This document shows, in pieces, positions 54,530-63,500 of a stretch of DNA of 64,000 bases. Position 1 is the stretch's first letter; each line of letters starts with the position of its first letter. The position numbers and the translations under genes are program-made. Below the pieces are notes generated by a model. It did no database searches. It was not told the origin of the DNA and saw only the letters and a list, made by a program, of their open reading frames with translations. Origin of the DNA: a virus; IMG/VR virus record IMGVR_UViG_3300005617_000117, positions 1-64,000 of that record. One strand, given 5' to 3'.

Positions 54530-56324
54530 GACTAGAATTCTATTCGTCGGTGAAGCCTCCTGTCTATCTACCGGATTCTCGACATACTATAGAGAATTAC
54601 TACCTCGTCTGGTCGCTACAGGAAAATACGAGATTGCAGAGTTGGGCAGTTATATTCGTCCCGACGATCCATTAGCAATTAACTTCGTTGCTGGTCGTTG
54701 GAAATTCTATGGCGTCATGCCCACTAACGATCAAGAAAATCACATCTACAGTCAGCCCTCTAGCAATCCCCGCGACAAAGGACAGAACATTAATCAGTTC
54801 GGGGCATGGAAATTTGACGCAGCCGTAGCGGATTTCAAGCCAGATATCGTTATCGATATTCGTGACAATTGGATGCTTACGTGGCAATTACGTTCTCCAT
54901 TTAGAAAATGGATGAAATTGGTTTGGATGCCTACGGTTGACGCCGAACCACAGCACGAAGATTGGATTGCTGACTACGAACAGGCCGATATCATTCTTTC
55001 ATACTCAGATTATGGCATTAACACGTTGATGCGTCAGAGCCAGAAAATGAAAGTATTTCCCCGTCCAATGCGGCCGGGTGTAGATATTGAAGGCTTCAAG
55101 CCAGAGGATCGAGAGATTATTCGAGCCAAGTATGGCATTAAGTCGGACATTCCTGTGATTGGCACAGTGATGCGAAATCAGTCTCGAAAGCTATATCCCG
55201 ATCTACTAGACGCATTTTCACGTATGAAGAAGAAGTACGCGGGAGAATCGGTAGTAGATAAATCAGTTCTTCTCTTGCATTCTTGCTGGCCAGACAATGC
55301 CTTTAGTTACGATTACCCTCGCCATATCATGAGACTCCAGGGATATCCTTGGATGCAAAATCATTTCAAGGGCATTAAAAACTCTATCCTACAGACATTC
55401 ATGTGCCATGACGATGCGTGTAGAAAGAATCATATTGGTTATGCAATGGCAATTCACGGCCGACCAATTCAGCAAAATGTTGTGCCGATGCCATGTCCGC
55501 ACTGCGGCAAGAATAGTGCCACTTGCCCAACCACGGGCAAAGGTTTTAACCGCGAAGCCCTTTCAGAAGTTTATAACTTAATGGATCTGTATGTGCAGTG
55601 TTCGATTTGCGAGGGTGACGGAATGCCAATTCAAGAAGCTAAGGCTTGTGGCGTTCCGACTCTTGTAATGGATTACACGGCAATGCGTGAAAAGGGACGA
55701 TTCCCGCAAGAATATATGCATTTCGCAAAGCACAAAATTACGCCCGAAACTTATGGGGTTCATAAGGGCGGCGAAGTTATTAAGGTCCAGCGTTATTATT
55801 ACGAACCAGAAACTTCTTGCATGAGGGCTTTACCCGACATTGATGATATGGCTACAAAGATGCGAGACATTTTGACGGATAAAGAAAGACACGCCAAGAT
55901 GAAATTAGAAGCCCGTCAGTGCGTTGAAGAAGTATATGACTGGAATAAGCTATCGAAGCAATGGGAGTTCTTACTTGATAGTATCAAGCCCAAGGATCGT
56001 ACGAATACTTGGGATAGTCCAATCGTTGTCCATGAGAAAGTAAAGCCGCCAACACCGCCCGACAATTTAAGTGACGAAGCATATGTAGAATGGCTATATC
56101 TCAACATCATGAAATATTCAGCAGTTGATACGGTCGGTGCTCAAATGTGGATGCATCACCTTAAGAGTGGCGTCACTCGTCAGCAACTTCTAGATCAGTT
56201 CGTTAAGCTTTCGTCTGACCAAGAAGGCGAAGATAATTCGCGTCAGAAGATTAGAGAACAAATTGCAATTGCCAAGGGCGAGACAGTAAAAACCTCCGAC
56301 AAGCCAGCGATGGAGTTCGTATAA
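54519..56324 (+). CDS. glycosyltransferase GT4-like with Cys-rich insert and C-terminal DUF4214-like domain
   Basis: RILFVGE...TGF, FKPDIVI, MRNQSRK, YNLMDLYV..S..EGDGMPIQEAKACGVP. Confidence 0.88.
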   Translation: MPSKTRILFVGEASCLSTGFSTYYRELLPRLVATGKYEIAELGSYIRPDDPLAINFVAGRWKFYGVMPTNDQENHIYSQPSSNPRDKGQNINQFGAWKFDAAVADFKPDIVIDIRDNWMLTWQLRSPFRKWMKLVWMPTVDAEPQHEDWIADYEQADIILSYSDYGINTLMRQSQKMKVFPRPMRPGVDIEGFKPEDREIIRAKYGIKSDIPVIGTVMRNQSRKLYPDLLDAFSRMKKKYAGESVVDKSVLLLHSCWPDNAFSYDYPRHIMRLQGYPWMQNHFKGIKNSILQTFMCHDDACRKNHIGYAMAIHGRPIQQNVVPMPCPHCGKNSATCPTTGKGFNREALSEVYNLMDLYVQCSICEGDGMPIQEAKACGVPTLVMDYTAMREKGRFPQEYMHFAKHKITPETYGVHKGGEVIKVQRYYYEPETSCMRALPDIDDMATKMRDILTDKERHAKMKLEARQCVEEVYDWNKLSKQWEFLLDSIKPKDRTNTWDSPIVVHEKVKPPTPPDNLSDEAYVEWLYLNIMKYSAVDTVGAQMWMHHLKSGVTRQQLLDQFVKLSSDQEGEDNSRQKIREQIAIAKGETVKTSDKPAMEFV

Positions 56325-57580
56325 TGAAGATTTGCTTTACTGGTCCTCTATTAGACTTTTCTGGCTTTGCCACGGCCTCACGAAACTTTTTGCAAGCCAT
56401 TGTATTGGCCTCAAAAGAAGCAAACGCAGAAGTTGTTGCTCGTGCTCTACGCTACGATATGCCAGACCCAGGAGCAGAATATAAACCAGATGCTTGGCTG
56501 CTAGACGCTTTAAAGGGGTCGTTGCAAGATGTAGACTTTTTAATTCAGGCGACTACATGTAATATTGAGGCGGTCCCGAAGCCTGGGATTCTAAATGCCC
56601 TTTATACTTTCTTTGAACTTGATAGAATTCCTCCAGCCTGGGCGGCAAAAGCAAACGAATTTGATCTTTTGATTGTGCCATGCCAATATAATGCCCACAT
56701 GCTTATGCGATGTGGCGTTACAAAACCAATTTTTATTATTCAACCGCCCACTGACATTAGTAGATATGACACATTCTTAAAGCCGGTAGCAGATCCTATG
56801 TTGCCCGATTTGGCCAACAAAACAGTCTTCTATAATATTTGTCAACTTTCTGGCAAGAAAGGTATTGACGCTCTTCTAAGAGCATACTACGCGGCGTTTG
56901 CAGATATGCCCGACGATGTTGTGCTAATCCTTAAAACATATATTAATATGGGCAATCGCCATAATGATTTAAATATGGTGAAGGATTTTATCAAACGAGT
57001 AAAGACCGCATGTCGCATTCCTTTAGAAAAATTACCGCCAGTGCTTCCAATAACGCAAATCATGAGCGACGATCAAATTCGCGGCATACATGCGAAATGT
57101 CACGCCTACGTAAATTCTTCACGAGCAGAAGGCTTTTGTCTACCGGCGTTTGACGCACTAGGCTTCGGCAAAACGCTGATTACTAATGCGTTCGGTGGAA
57201 TGGCAGAATACGCTAATGACAAGACGGCCCTAGTTTATGGCGGCTGTATATCAAACGTCTACGACGTTCCGCACGGCGACCAATTCTTGTATACTGGTCT
57301 AGCACGATGGTTTGAACCTTCCACCGCCCATATGTCCGATTTGATGAGATCATTTCATATGCTCCGTAAAGGTGCAGAAGCCAACCAACTGAATGACGAA
57401 AATAAAACTGCTTGGAATGGTATCTTAGAGAGGCAACGTAATGGTGTCGAACTAACACAGAAGTATTGTTTGCGGAAGAACGGGCCCGCTATTTTAGGAC
57501 TTCTATTACAAGGCTATGCTTCTTGGAAACAGTTTGGTAAATTAGTAATGCCGAAGCAGGAGAATCAGCCCAATGAATAA
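56324..57580 (+). CDS. glycosyltransferase GT4-like
   Basis: SGFATASRN, KKGIDALLRAY, HAYVNSSRAEGFCLPAFDALGFGK. Confidence 0.88.
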   Translation: MKICFTGPLLDFSGFATASRNFLQAIVLASKEANAEVVARALRYDMPDPGAEYKPDAWLLDALKGSLQDVDFLIQATTCNIEAVPKPGILNALYTFFELDRIPPAWAAKANEFDLLIVPCQYNAHMLMRCGVTKPIFIIQPPTDISRYDTFLKPVADPMLPDLANKTVFYNICQLSGKKGIDALLRAYYAAFADMPDDVVLILKTYINMGNRHNDLNMVKDFIKRVKTACRIPLEKLPPVLPITQIMSDDQIRGIHAKCHAYVNSSRAEGFCLPAFDALGFGKTLITNAFGGMAEYANDKTALVYGGCISNVYDVPHGDQFLYTGLARWFEPSTAHMSDLMRSFHMLRKGAEANQLNDENKTAWNGILERQRNGVELTQKYCLRKNGPAILGLLLQGYASWKQFGKLVMPKQENQPNE

Positions 57581-58607
57581 TATTATGTATGTGGCACAGA
57601 TGTCAAGCATAACGCAACGTATCAATAATCCTATAAAGCTAGTACAGTGCATTCAGATGCATAACGAGGCGGAATTCGCCCCAATCGTTCTAAAATCCAT
57701 CTACGACGAGGTTGACCAGATTATTGTTATTGAGGGGGCGGTTGCCAATCGTCCCAACTCTACGCCAGATGGGCACTCCATAGATAATACCTGGGAGATC
57801 ATCCAAGATTTTAAAGTCAATCATGATCCTAAAAAGAAAATTCTGGCCGTCAGGATAAAGAAGCCCTGGAAGAATCTAGAAGAACTAAAGCAGACATTTA
57901 TCGAACTTACTGTAGATGGCGACTGGCTAATAATTAACGACGCCGATGAAATTTATCGCCCCGAAGATATCCGCCGGGTACGGCAGGCAATTGAGCTACA
58001 TCCGCACGCTTGCGAGATTGTTCCCACCTTTCTCCACTTTTACAGGGACTTTAAGCACGTATATGCTCCGGCCCCCGAATGGCAACCGCAGCATCAGAGA
58101 ATTTTTAAGCGAATCAATGGGATGAAATATAACAGTCACCCAATTGTTACACTGCCCGATGGACATTGCAGCTACTTCTCATCACATATGCAGCATCGTC
58201 GCTATCTGATCGATAAGTTCTTTATCTTCCATTATGGCTATGCTCGATCCAATATGGATAAGATCATGACCGAGAAACAGGAATACTACAAGAAGGAGCT
58301 AGCTAATCACGCCAGGGCCGATGTCAAGTTTGACGCAAAGGTAAAAGAATGGGTCGGTCGTCTTGAGCCAGATGCCAACATTCTATCGTTCCCACTAGAC
58401 CAGCATCCGGCTGTCGTACGGGAACACCCTATGTTCCACTTTGAGGATGCAGTTTTTGCCAAGAAGCAATTCAAGCCCTGGACAGAAGATCGTCTATATT
58501 CACAGGTTTTGAACAATCAACCTTATGGCAATATTTGGCTATGCATGAATGGCATGGCCGCTCCAGCAATGTCACTTTTCCATAATCAGATTAGTTTATT
58601 ATCTTAG
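57573..58607 (+). CDS. glycosyltransferase GT2-like (GT-A)
   Basis: HNEAEF...LKSI...VDQIIVIEG, SIDNT, DWLIINDADE (DxD), FHYGY. Confidence 0.85.
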   Translation: MNNIMYVAQMSSITQRINNPIKLVQCIQMHNEAEFAPIVLKSIYDEVDQIIVIEGAVANRPNSTPDGHSIDNTWEIIQDFKVNHDPKKKILAVRIKKPWKNLEELKQTFIELTVDGDWLIINDADEIYRPEDIRRVRQAIELHPHACEIVPTFLHFYRDFKHVYAPAPEWQPQHQRIFKRINGMKYNSHPIVTLPDGHCSYFSSHMQHRRYLIDKFFIFHYGYARSNMDKIMTEKQEYYKKELANHARADVKFDAKVKEWVGRLEPDANILSFPLDQHPAVVREHPMFHFEDAVFAKKQFKPWTEDRLYSQVLNNQPYGNIWLCMNGMAAPAMSLFHNQISLLS

Positions 58608-58635
58608 CGGGATTTTAAACTAATGGAGAAGGAAG

Positions 58636-60024
58636 ATGTTTTGCACGAAGCTGGCACCAAAATTTACTGTAGAAATTGATACCGATCATGGTTGGATCAT
58701 CTTTGCAGATTCAGACAATGGATTCAAGTCTGTCTATAATATAGACAAAATTGCCAAGCAAGCCGAAGACGGCGTTTGGGTCCAGCCTCATTGCGGTCAC
58801 ACCGTTAGCAATGGAACAGGGCTATTACCAATTACGTACGCCCTAGGATTTGAAAACAGTCTTGCCAGATTAACAGGACCGGCCACCGCCCTCCAAGGAA
58901 GCGATTGGCACCAAGCACGTTCTAGTCATACAACTGGCGACGCAGATAGATTCTTTATTTCTGTTGGTGGCGAAAGATGTCAACGAGGCTTTCTAGATGG
59001 GCTTGCGTCACTTAAGTCCAGAGCGAAAGATCAAGAAAATAGACCAGTTGCGTGGTGGCCCTTTACATTTAAATATGATAACGGATATTACGGCGTTTTG
59101 AATAACGGCGTAGATATCTGGAAATACGACGGTATGATGTTAAATGGTATCGAAGATCCAGCTAATGGTTGGGATATCTTTGATGCCGCCCACCTCGAAT
59201 CAGCCTGTCTATTTTATGGGGCAGCCATCGGTGATCGCCAGTGCCTAGCAAACTTCTTTATGCTTGCCGCGTGGGTCTATTCAACTTTCCCTGGGGGCGG
59301 ACCAAAAGCTGGTAGTGTTCAAAAGGGCTGGCACGGAAGCAATCAGGAACGAGCCAGAGGATGGCGTTACTGGTTTGATGCCCGAGCAATTATGTTAGGT
59401 TTTGATACCGCTGATGCAGCCGTTATTGATATCTTCTTTGCAGGACAGGCTCCTAAGAAACACGCGACAGCGATCCTTAAGGACGCTCTAGATAATCCGC
59501 AGCCGCTTGGTGGCGATCACGCCGACGAACGAACGATGGTTGACTTTAAAGATGGAAGCGGCGAAATCAAAGGTTTCTATCCGTGGGCAAACGGTATCAT
59601 GGTCGGCGGTTGGGGATATATGCGTCGAACGGGCATTATTAACGATCCATTAAAAACTCAGATGGATACGTGGATGTCAGATCGTGCGGCAGAAGTTATT
59701 AAAAGAGCCGTTAGTAATCTTGGCACATCTTATGCGGCATCCAGTACAAGTACGTTTGTTCAGGCGGATGTAGATAAAGCCAACTCCTTAGAAAAGGATA
59801 AAGGGCACTTCTACGAACTCGTTGACTTTGGCGGTGGTGTCGGCGTTATTCGAGACAGACCAAGAAAGGCCGATTCTGAAGTTTTGGCCGGAGGTCTTTC
59901 CTTATTGTATAGCTATGGCAATCCAATTGTACAGACGTTATTAAACGTATGCGATAAAATTGGATCAGTCGATTATGATAAAAGAGCTAAATATCTGGAC
60001 ATCGCTTACGGGCAGATTTTCTAA
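58636..60024 (+). CDS. hypothetical Trp/Asp/Gly-rich protein, possible carbohydrate-active alpha-toroid
   Basis: RBS ggagaagg and own terminator. DAAH...Y....GD and QERARGW motifs. Confidence 0.6.
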   Translation: MFCTKLAPKFTVEIDTDHGWIIFADSDNGFKSVYNIDKIAKQAEDGVWVQPHCGHTVSNGTGLLPITYALGFENSLARLTGPATALQGSDWHQARSSHTTGDADRFFISVGGERCQRGFLDGLASLKSRAKDQENRPVAWWPFTFKYDNGYYGVLNNGVDIWKYDGMMLNGIEDPANGWDIFDAAHLESACLFYGAAIGDRQCLANFFMLAAWVYSTFPGGGPKAGSVQKGWHGSNQERARGWRYWFDARAIMLGFDTADAAVIDIFFAGQAPKKHATAILKDALDNPQPLGGDHADERTMVDFKDGSGEIKGFYPWANGIMVGGWGYMRRTGIINDPLKTQMDTWMSDRAAEVIKRAVSNLGTSYAASSTSTFVQADVDKANSLEKDKGHFYELVDFGGGVGVIRDRPRKADSEVLAGGLSLLYSYGNPIVQTLLNVCDKIGSVDYDKRAKYLDIAYGQIF

Positions 60025-60052
60025 GTAATCTTTCGGGACTTTGACATAATAT

Positions 60053-60084
60053 AGACGCAGGAAACGAACGCCTGCGTCTCTTTT
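60053..60084 (+). terminator. intrinsic terminator
   Basis: agacgcagg-aaacgaacg-cctgcgtct followed by ctttt. Confidence 0.75.
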
Positions 60085-60102
60085 ATTTCAAGGTCTTATT
60101 TA

Positions 60103-60954
60103 ATGATCTCATATCTCATTTCGTCATATGATAGTGGACAATACCTAGACAGACACCTCAGAAATCTTCTAGAGGAACAGTCTGACCAAAATTTAGAAGT
60201 AGTTATTGTCGTCCCCAATTCTCCCGGTATAGATGCAGAAGTTGCTAAGAAGTGGGCTCTTAAAGATACACGAGTTAACTTTATTGATTGGCCCGGCCGC
60301 GAACCTTATGGCTCTTCTTGGTTAAGAGCATGGCAAGAAGCCAAGGGAGATTTCGTATGTAATTCTAATGCGGACGATTTTCATCACCCTAAGTTTAATG
60401 AAACGTTCACAAAGATTACCGATCAATTTAAAGACACGTACCATTGCTTTAGTAAAGAGCCTGCCTTCTGGTATGCAGGAATTGTAGTAGTTTCAGAGGA
60501 AACTGGTCAGGTTATCGGGGCCGGAAGACGCCAACCGTTTAACCACGAACGATTCTCTTATGAATGCGATGGCGGCCCACAAGTCTGTTGGCGAAACGAC
60601 CTACTCTTTACCCAAAAACTAAATTGGGAATTAATGTGGGCACGCTCAGCCGAACATACTTCGGCCTTCGATTACTGGCTCTGGCTTTACTTTATGTCTC
60701 TTGGTTTTAGAGGACAAGTAATTGATGAATGTCTAACGTATTATACACAACGTAAACTCTCTATTGAGAACCGCAATAAAGGACAGAATACTTACGAGGC
60801 TCTTGCGTCGATTGCCGAATTCTTCCCCAATAATTTTAATCCTGGCGGACATCTACATAAACACCATCCCGAATTTGCAGACTTTAATAAATTACCACCC
60901 AAGGACGCATGGGTACAAGCAAGAAATGAGGGGCGTGCATGGGACGCAAAGTAA
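60103..60954 (+). CDS. glycosyltransferase GT2-like (GT-A)
   Basis: ISYLISSYDSGQYL...Q...EVVIV, AKGDFVCNSNADD, DYWLWL. Confidence 0.85.
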   Translation: MISYLISSYDSGQYLDRHLRNLLEEQSDQNLEVVIVVPNSPGIDAEVAKKWALKDTRVNFIDWPGREPYGSSWLRAWQEAKGDFVCNSNADDFHHPKFNETFTKITDQFKDTYHCFSKEPAFWYAGIVVVSEETGQVIGAGRRQPFNHERFSYECDGGPQVCWRNDLLFTQKLNWELMWARSAEHTSAFDYWLWLYFMSLGFRGQVIDECLTYYTQRKLSIENRNKGQNTYEALASIAEFFPNNFNPGGHLHKHHPEFADFNKLPPKDAWVQARNEGRAWDAK

Positions 60955-62069
60955 GAGTTGTTCATCTTCTCAAAGACCTTGGATTAGGTGGTACACAAAA
61001 GACGGCAGAACTTCTAGTTAGAGAACTGGTACAGAAGTATAATAACGAATATGAAACGTTTGTACTTTACGATGCTGGTCACGAATTAACTAGATATTTA
61101 AATTTCGAGGCGGCAGTCGGTGGGCCCGAGCATATGGTGCCCTACAGATTTACTTCACAGGCTATTGAAGTATTGCAATCACTTAGACCAGATATCACGC
61201 ACGTTTATCGTGCGGGTACGCCCGAATGGCCCATCCCTGGCAAAGACATCAAGCAAACTATTTTCGTAGAAACTAATGTTTTCGGCTTTGTCGATCCCAA
61301 TCCAGAAGTTCACAAATCTCTCTTTATGAGTAAATGGTTAATGGATTGCAGTAGAAAACAGCACGGCGATGCAATTTTTGATACTGTCGGTCGTAGTGGT
61401 AGATTTGACTTTCTTAATAATCCGGTTGATCTACCAGCAACCCAAGATACATTCCTAGACATCAGACCAGACAAAGATACGATTGTTCTTGGTCGTGTCG
61501 GCCGTCCTGATGACGGGATCTACGATGATATCAATGTTAAGGCCGCTATGGTTCTAGTTAGTAAAGGCTACAAGATTCTATTTTTAACGCTAGCGGCCCC
61601 TCCAAGAATGATGGATGATCTGGAGAAATATGATGTTCCGCACATCAATATAGCTCCAACGGTATCTCCGACTGTTCTTAGTGCTTTTTATAATTCTATT
61701 GATATTCTCGCACACGCACGAGCGGATGGAGAAACGTTCGGAAGCAATATAGCGGAAGCGATGATGCACGGTAAGCCTGTAGTAACACATATTGCAGTGC
61801 CTAGCCATCCTAGAATGGGTGTATTTCAGGCACAAACCGAACTTGTTCAGGACGATGTTACTGGATATGTAGTACGACATGAGATTGCGGCTTATGCTGA
61901 TGCACTAGAGCAATTAATTAATATTGGTCCACTACGAAAGAAGTTAGGGATTGCAGGCAAGGAATGGGCCGAAAAGAACTGTAGCACAGAAGTTTGCGGA
62001 GCTAAGCTGCACAAAACTTATCAGGATCTAATTTACAAGTATGGCCACTTGATTCGGTCTAGGAGCTAA
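60939..62069 (+). CDS. glycosyltransferase GT4-like
   Basis: L.LGGTQK, LRPDITH, GRVGR, DILAH...GETFGSNIAEAMMHGKPVV. Confidence 0.9.
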   Translation: MGRKVRVVHLLKDLGLGGTQKTAELLVRELVQKYNNEYETFVLYDAGHELTRYLNFEAAVGGPEHMVPYRFTSQAIEVLQSLRPDITHVYRAGTPEWPIPGKDIKQTIFVETNVFGFVDPNPEVHKSLFMSKWLMDCSRKQHGDAIFDTVGRSGRFDFLNNPVDLPATQDTFLDIRPDKDTIVLGRVGRPDDGIYDDINVKAAMVLVSKGYKILFLTLAAPPRMMDDLEKYDVPHINIAPTVSPTVLSAFYNSIDILAHARADGETFGSNIAEAMMHGKPVVTHIAVPSHPRMGVFQAQTELVQDDVTGYVVRHEIAAYADALEQLINIGPLRKKLGIAGKEWAEKNCSTEVCGAKLHKTYQDLIYKYGHLIRSRS

Positions 62070-63151
62070 TGATGATTTTTGAGAGTCTTTCGTTTGATGA
62101 CGTAAACTTAATTCCCAAGTACAATGACAAGAGTAGAAAACAAGTTTCTATTGCGATGGATTTTGCAGGATTTGTTTTTGCTCATCCATTTATTTCTTCT
62201 AATATGGATACCATTACGGGGCCAAAGATGGCCGCTGCAATGCATGAAACAGGTGGTTTCGGTATTCTCCATAGATTTTGTACTATTGAAGAAAATCTTC
62301 AAATGTTTAAAGATGCTGGCTGTGTATGGCAAGGATCGTGTGACTATAAGAGTCATGGCGTTGGAGTTTCTATAGGCATTAAAGACGAAGAAATCGAACG
62401 AGCCGCCGCCCTGTACGAAGCGGGTGCCCGTATTATTTGTGTTGACATTGCACATGGTCATTCCAAGCAAATGGGGCAAATGCTCAAAAAACTCAGAGAT
62501 AATTTTCCAGGCATTACATTGATTGCCGGTAATGTCGCCACATATGCTGGAGCAGACTATCTTATTAGTTGTGGTGCTCACGCCGTTAAAGTAGGCATCG
62601 GTCCCGGCGGAGCGTGTTCTACACGCATGAAGACTGGTTGTGGAGTGCCACAATTAACTGCAATCATGGAGGCTTCTAAGGCTAATGGAATTATTATTGC
62701 CGATGGTGGCGTAAAGACTCCTGGCGATGCAGTTAAAGCTTTAGCTGCCGGGGCACACTTTGTCATGCTCGGCTCATTCTTCGCCGGTTGTAGCGAGACG
62801 CCCGGCGAAGTTGTCGAATATCCTAGTGCTAATTCCGACTTGCTTTATGGTAAACCAATTAATCACATTATTCGACGCAAGCGTTTCCGTGGCATGGCTT
62901 CACGCGAAGCCCAAGAAGATTTTATGGGCAAGATGGATGATTGGAAGACGGCCGAAGGCGTCTCCATCGAAGTACCTTACACTGGTCCAGTAGCCGATAA
63001 GGTTGCTGATTTATGTGGCGGTCTTCGCTCAGGCATGACATATTGCGGGGCCGCTTCAATAGACGAGCTACACCGTAGAGCAGATTTTACAAAGATTTCA
63101 CATTCAGGTTATATGGAGGGTACACCCCATGCGTCCACTAGATTGGCTTAA
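62069..63151 (+). CDS. IMPDH/GMP-reductase family oxidoreductase without CBS domains, probably GMP reductase-like
   Basis: [73 protein letters not shown]. The flap lacks the IMPDH Arg-Tyr dyad. Confidence 0.9.
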   Translation: MMIFESLSFDDVNLIPKYNDKSRKQVSIAMDFAGFVFAHPFISSNMDTITGPKMAAAMHETGGFGILHRFCTIEENLQMFKDAGCVWQGSCDYKSHGVGVSIGIKDEEIERAAALYEAGARIICVDIAHGHSKQMGQMLKKLRDNFPGITLIAGNVATYAGADYLISCGAHAVKVGIGPGGACSTRMKTGCGVPQLTAIMEASKANGIIIADGGVKTPGDAVKALAAGAHFVMLGSFFAGCSETPGEVVEYPSANSDLLYGKPINHIIRRKRFRGMASREAQEDFMGKMDDWKTAEGVSIEVPYTGPVADKVADLCGGLRSGMTYCGAASIDELHRRADFTKISHSGYMEGTPHASTRLA

Positions 63152-63500
63152 AAATTTAACATGGATTAGAGCAATTCGTCTTTACCCAACTGCTAAACAA
63201 AATTACGCTTGTTTATTAGATGCATATATTAACCTTGTATCAAAGGTCAAAGAATTAACTATTCAACTTGAAGCAAAGAATGCTATGCGATCTGTTGCCG
63301 ATATTCTTGCTCCAAAGGAACAAGAACGAAGTCAACCATATAAAACGTCCCACGAAGGCGTGAGAATGAGCACTTTAACGTGGCACGAAGAGAGACTTTT
63401 GAGAATCGAATTGCAGGCTTATAAGGATAAGCTAGCAAAGGCCAGCGATCAGATTGACTCACTCAAGGACGAGGTACGACATGCCAACAGGGCCGATTAA
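63129..63500 (+). CDS. hypothetical coiled-coil protein
   Basis: 123-aa ORF after RBS ggagg, overlapping both neighbours. Confidence 0.6.
   Translation: MRPLDWLKNLTWIRAIRLYPTAKQNYACLLDAYINLVSKVKELTIQLEAKNAMRSVADILAPKEQERSQPYKTSHEGVRMSTLTWHEERLLRIELQAYKDKLAKASDQIDSLKDEVRHANRAD

Noticed and set aside
1503-62766. Many short antisense and alternate-frame ORFs (for example 12440..12958, 9313..9729, 62108..62653)
   Set aside because: They are shadows of long + strand genes, with no RBS or recognisable motifs.
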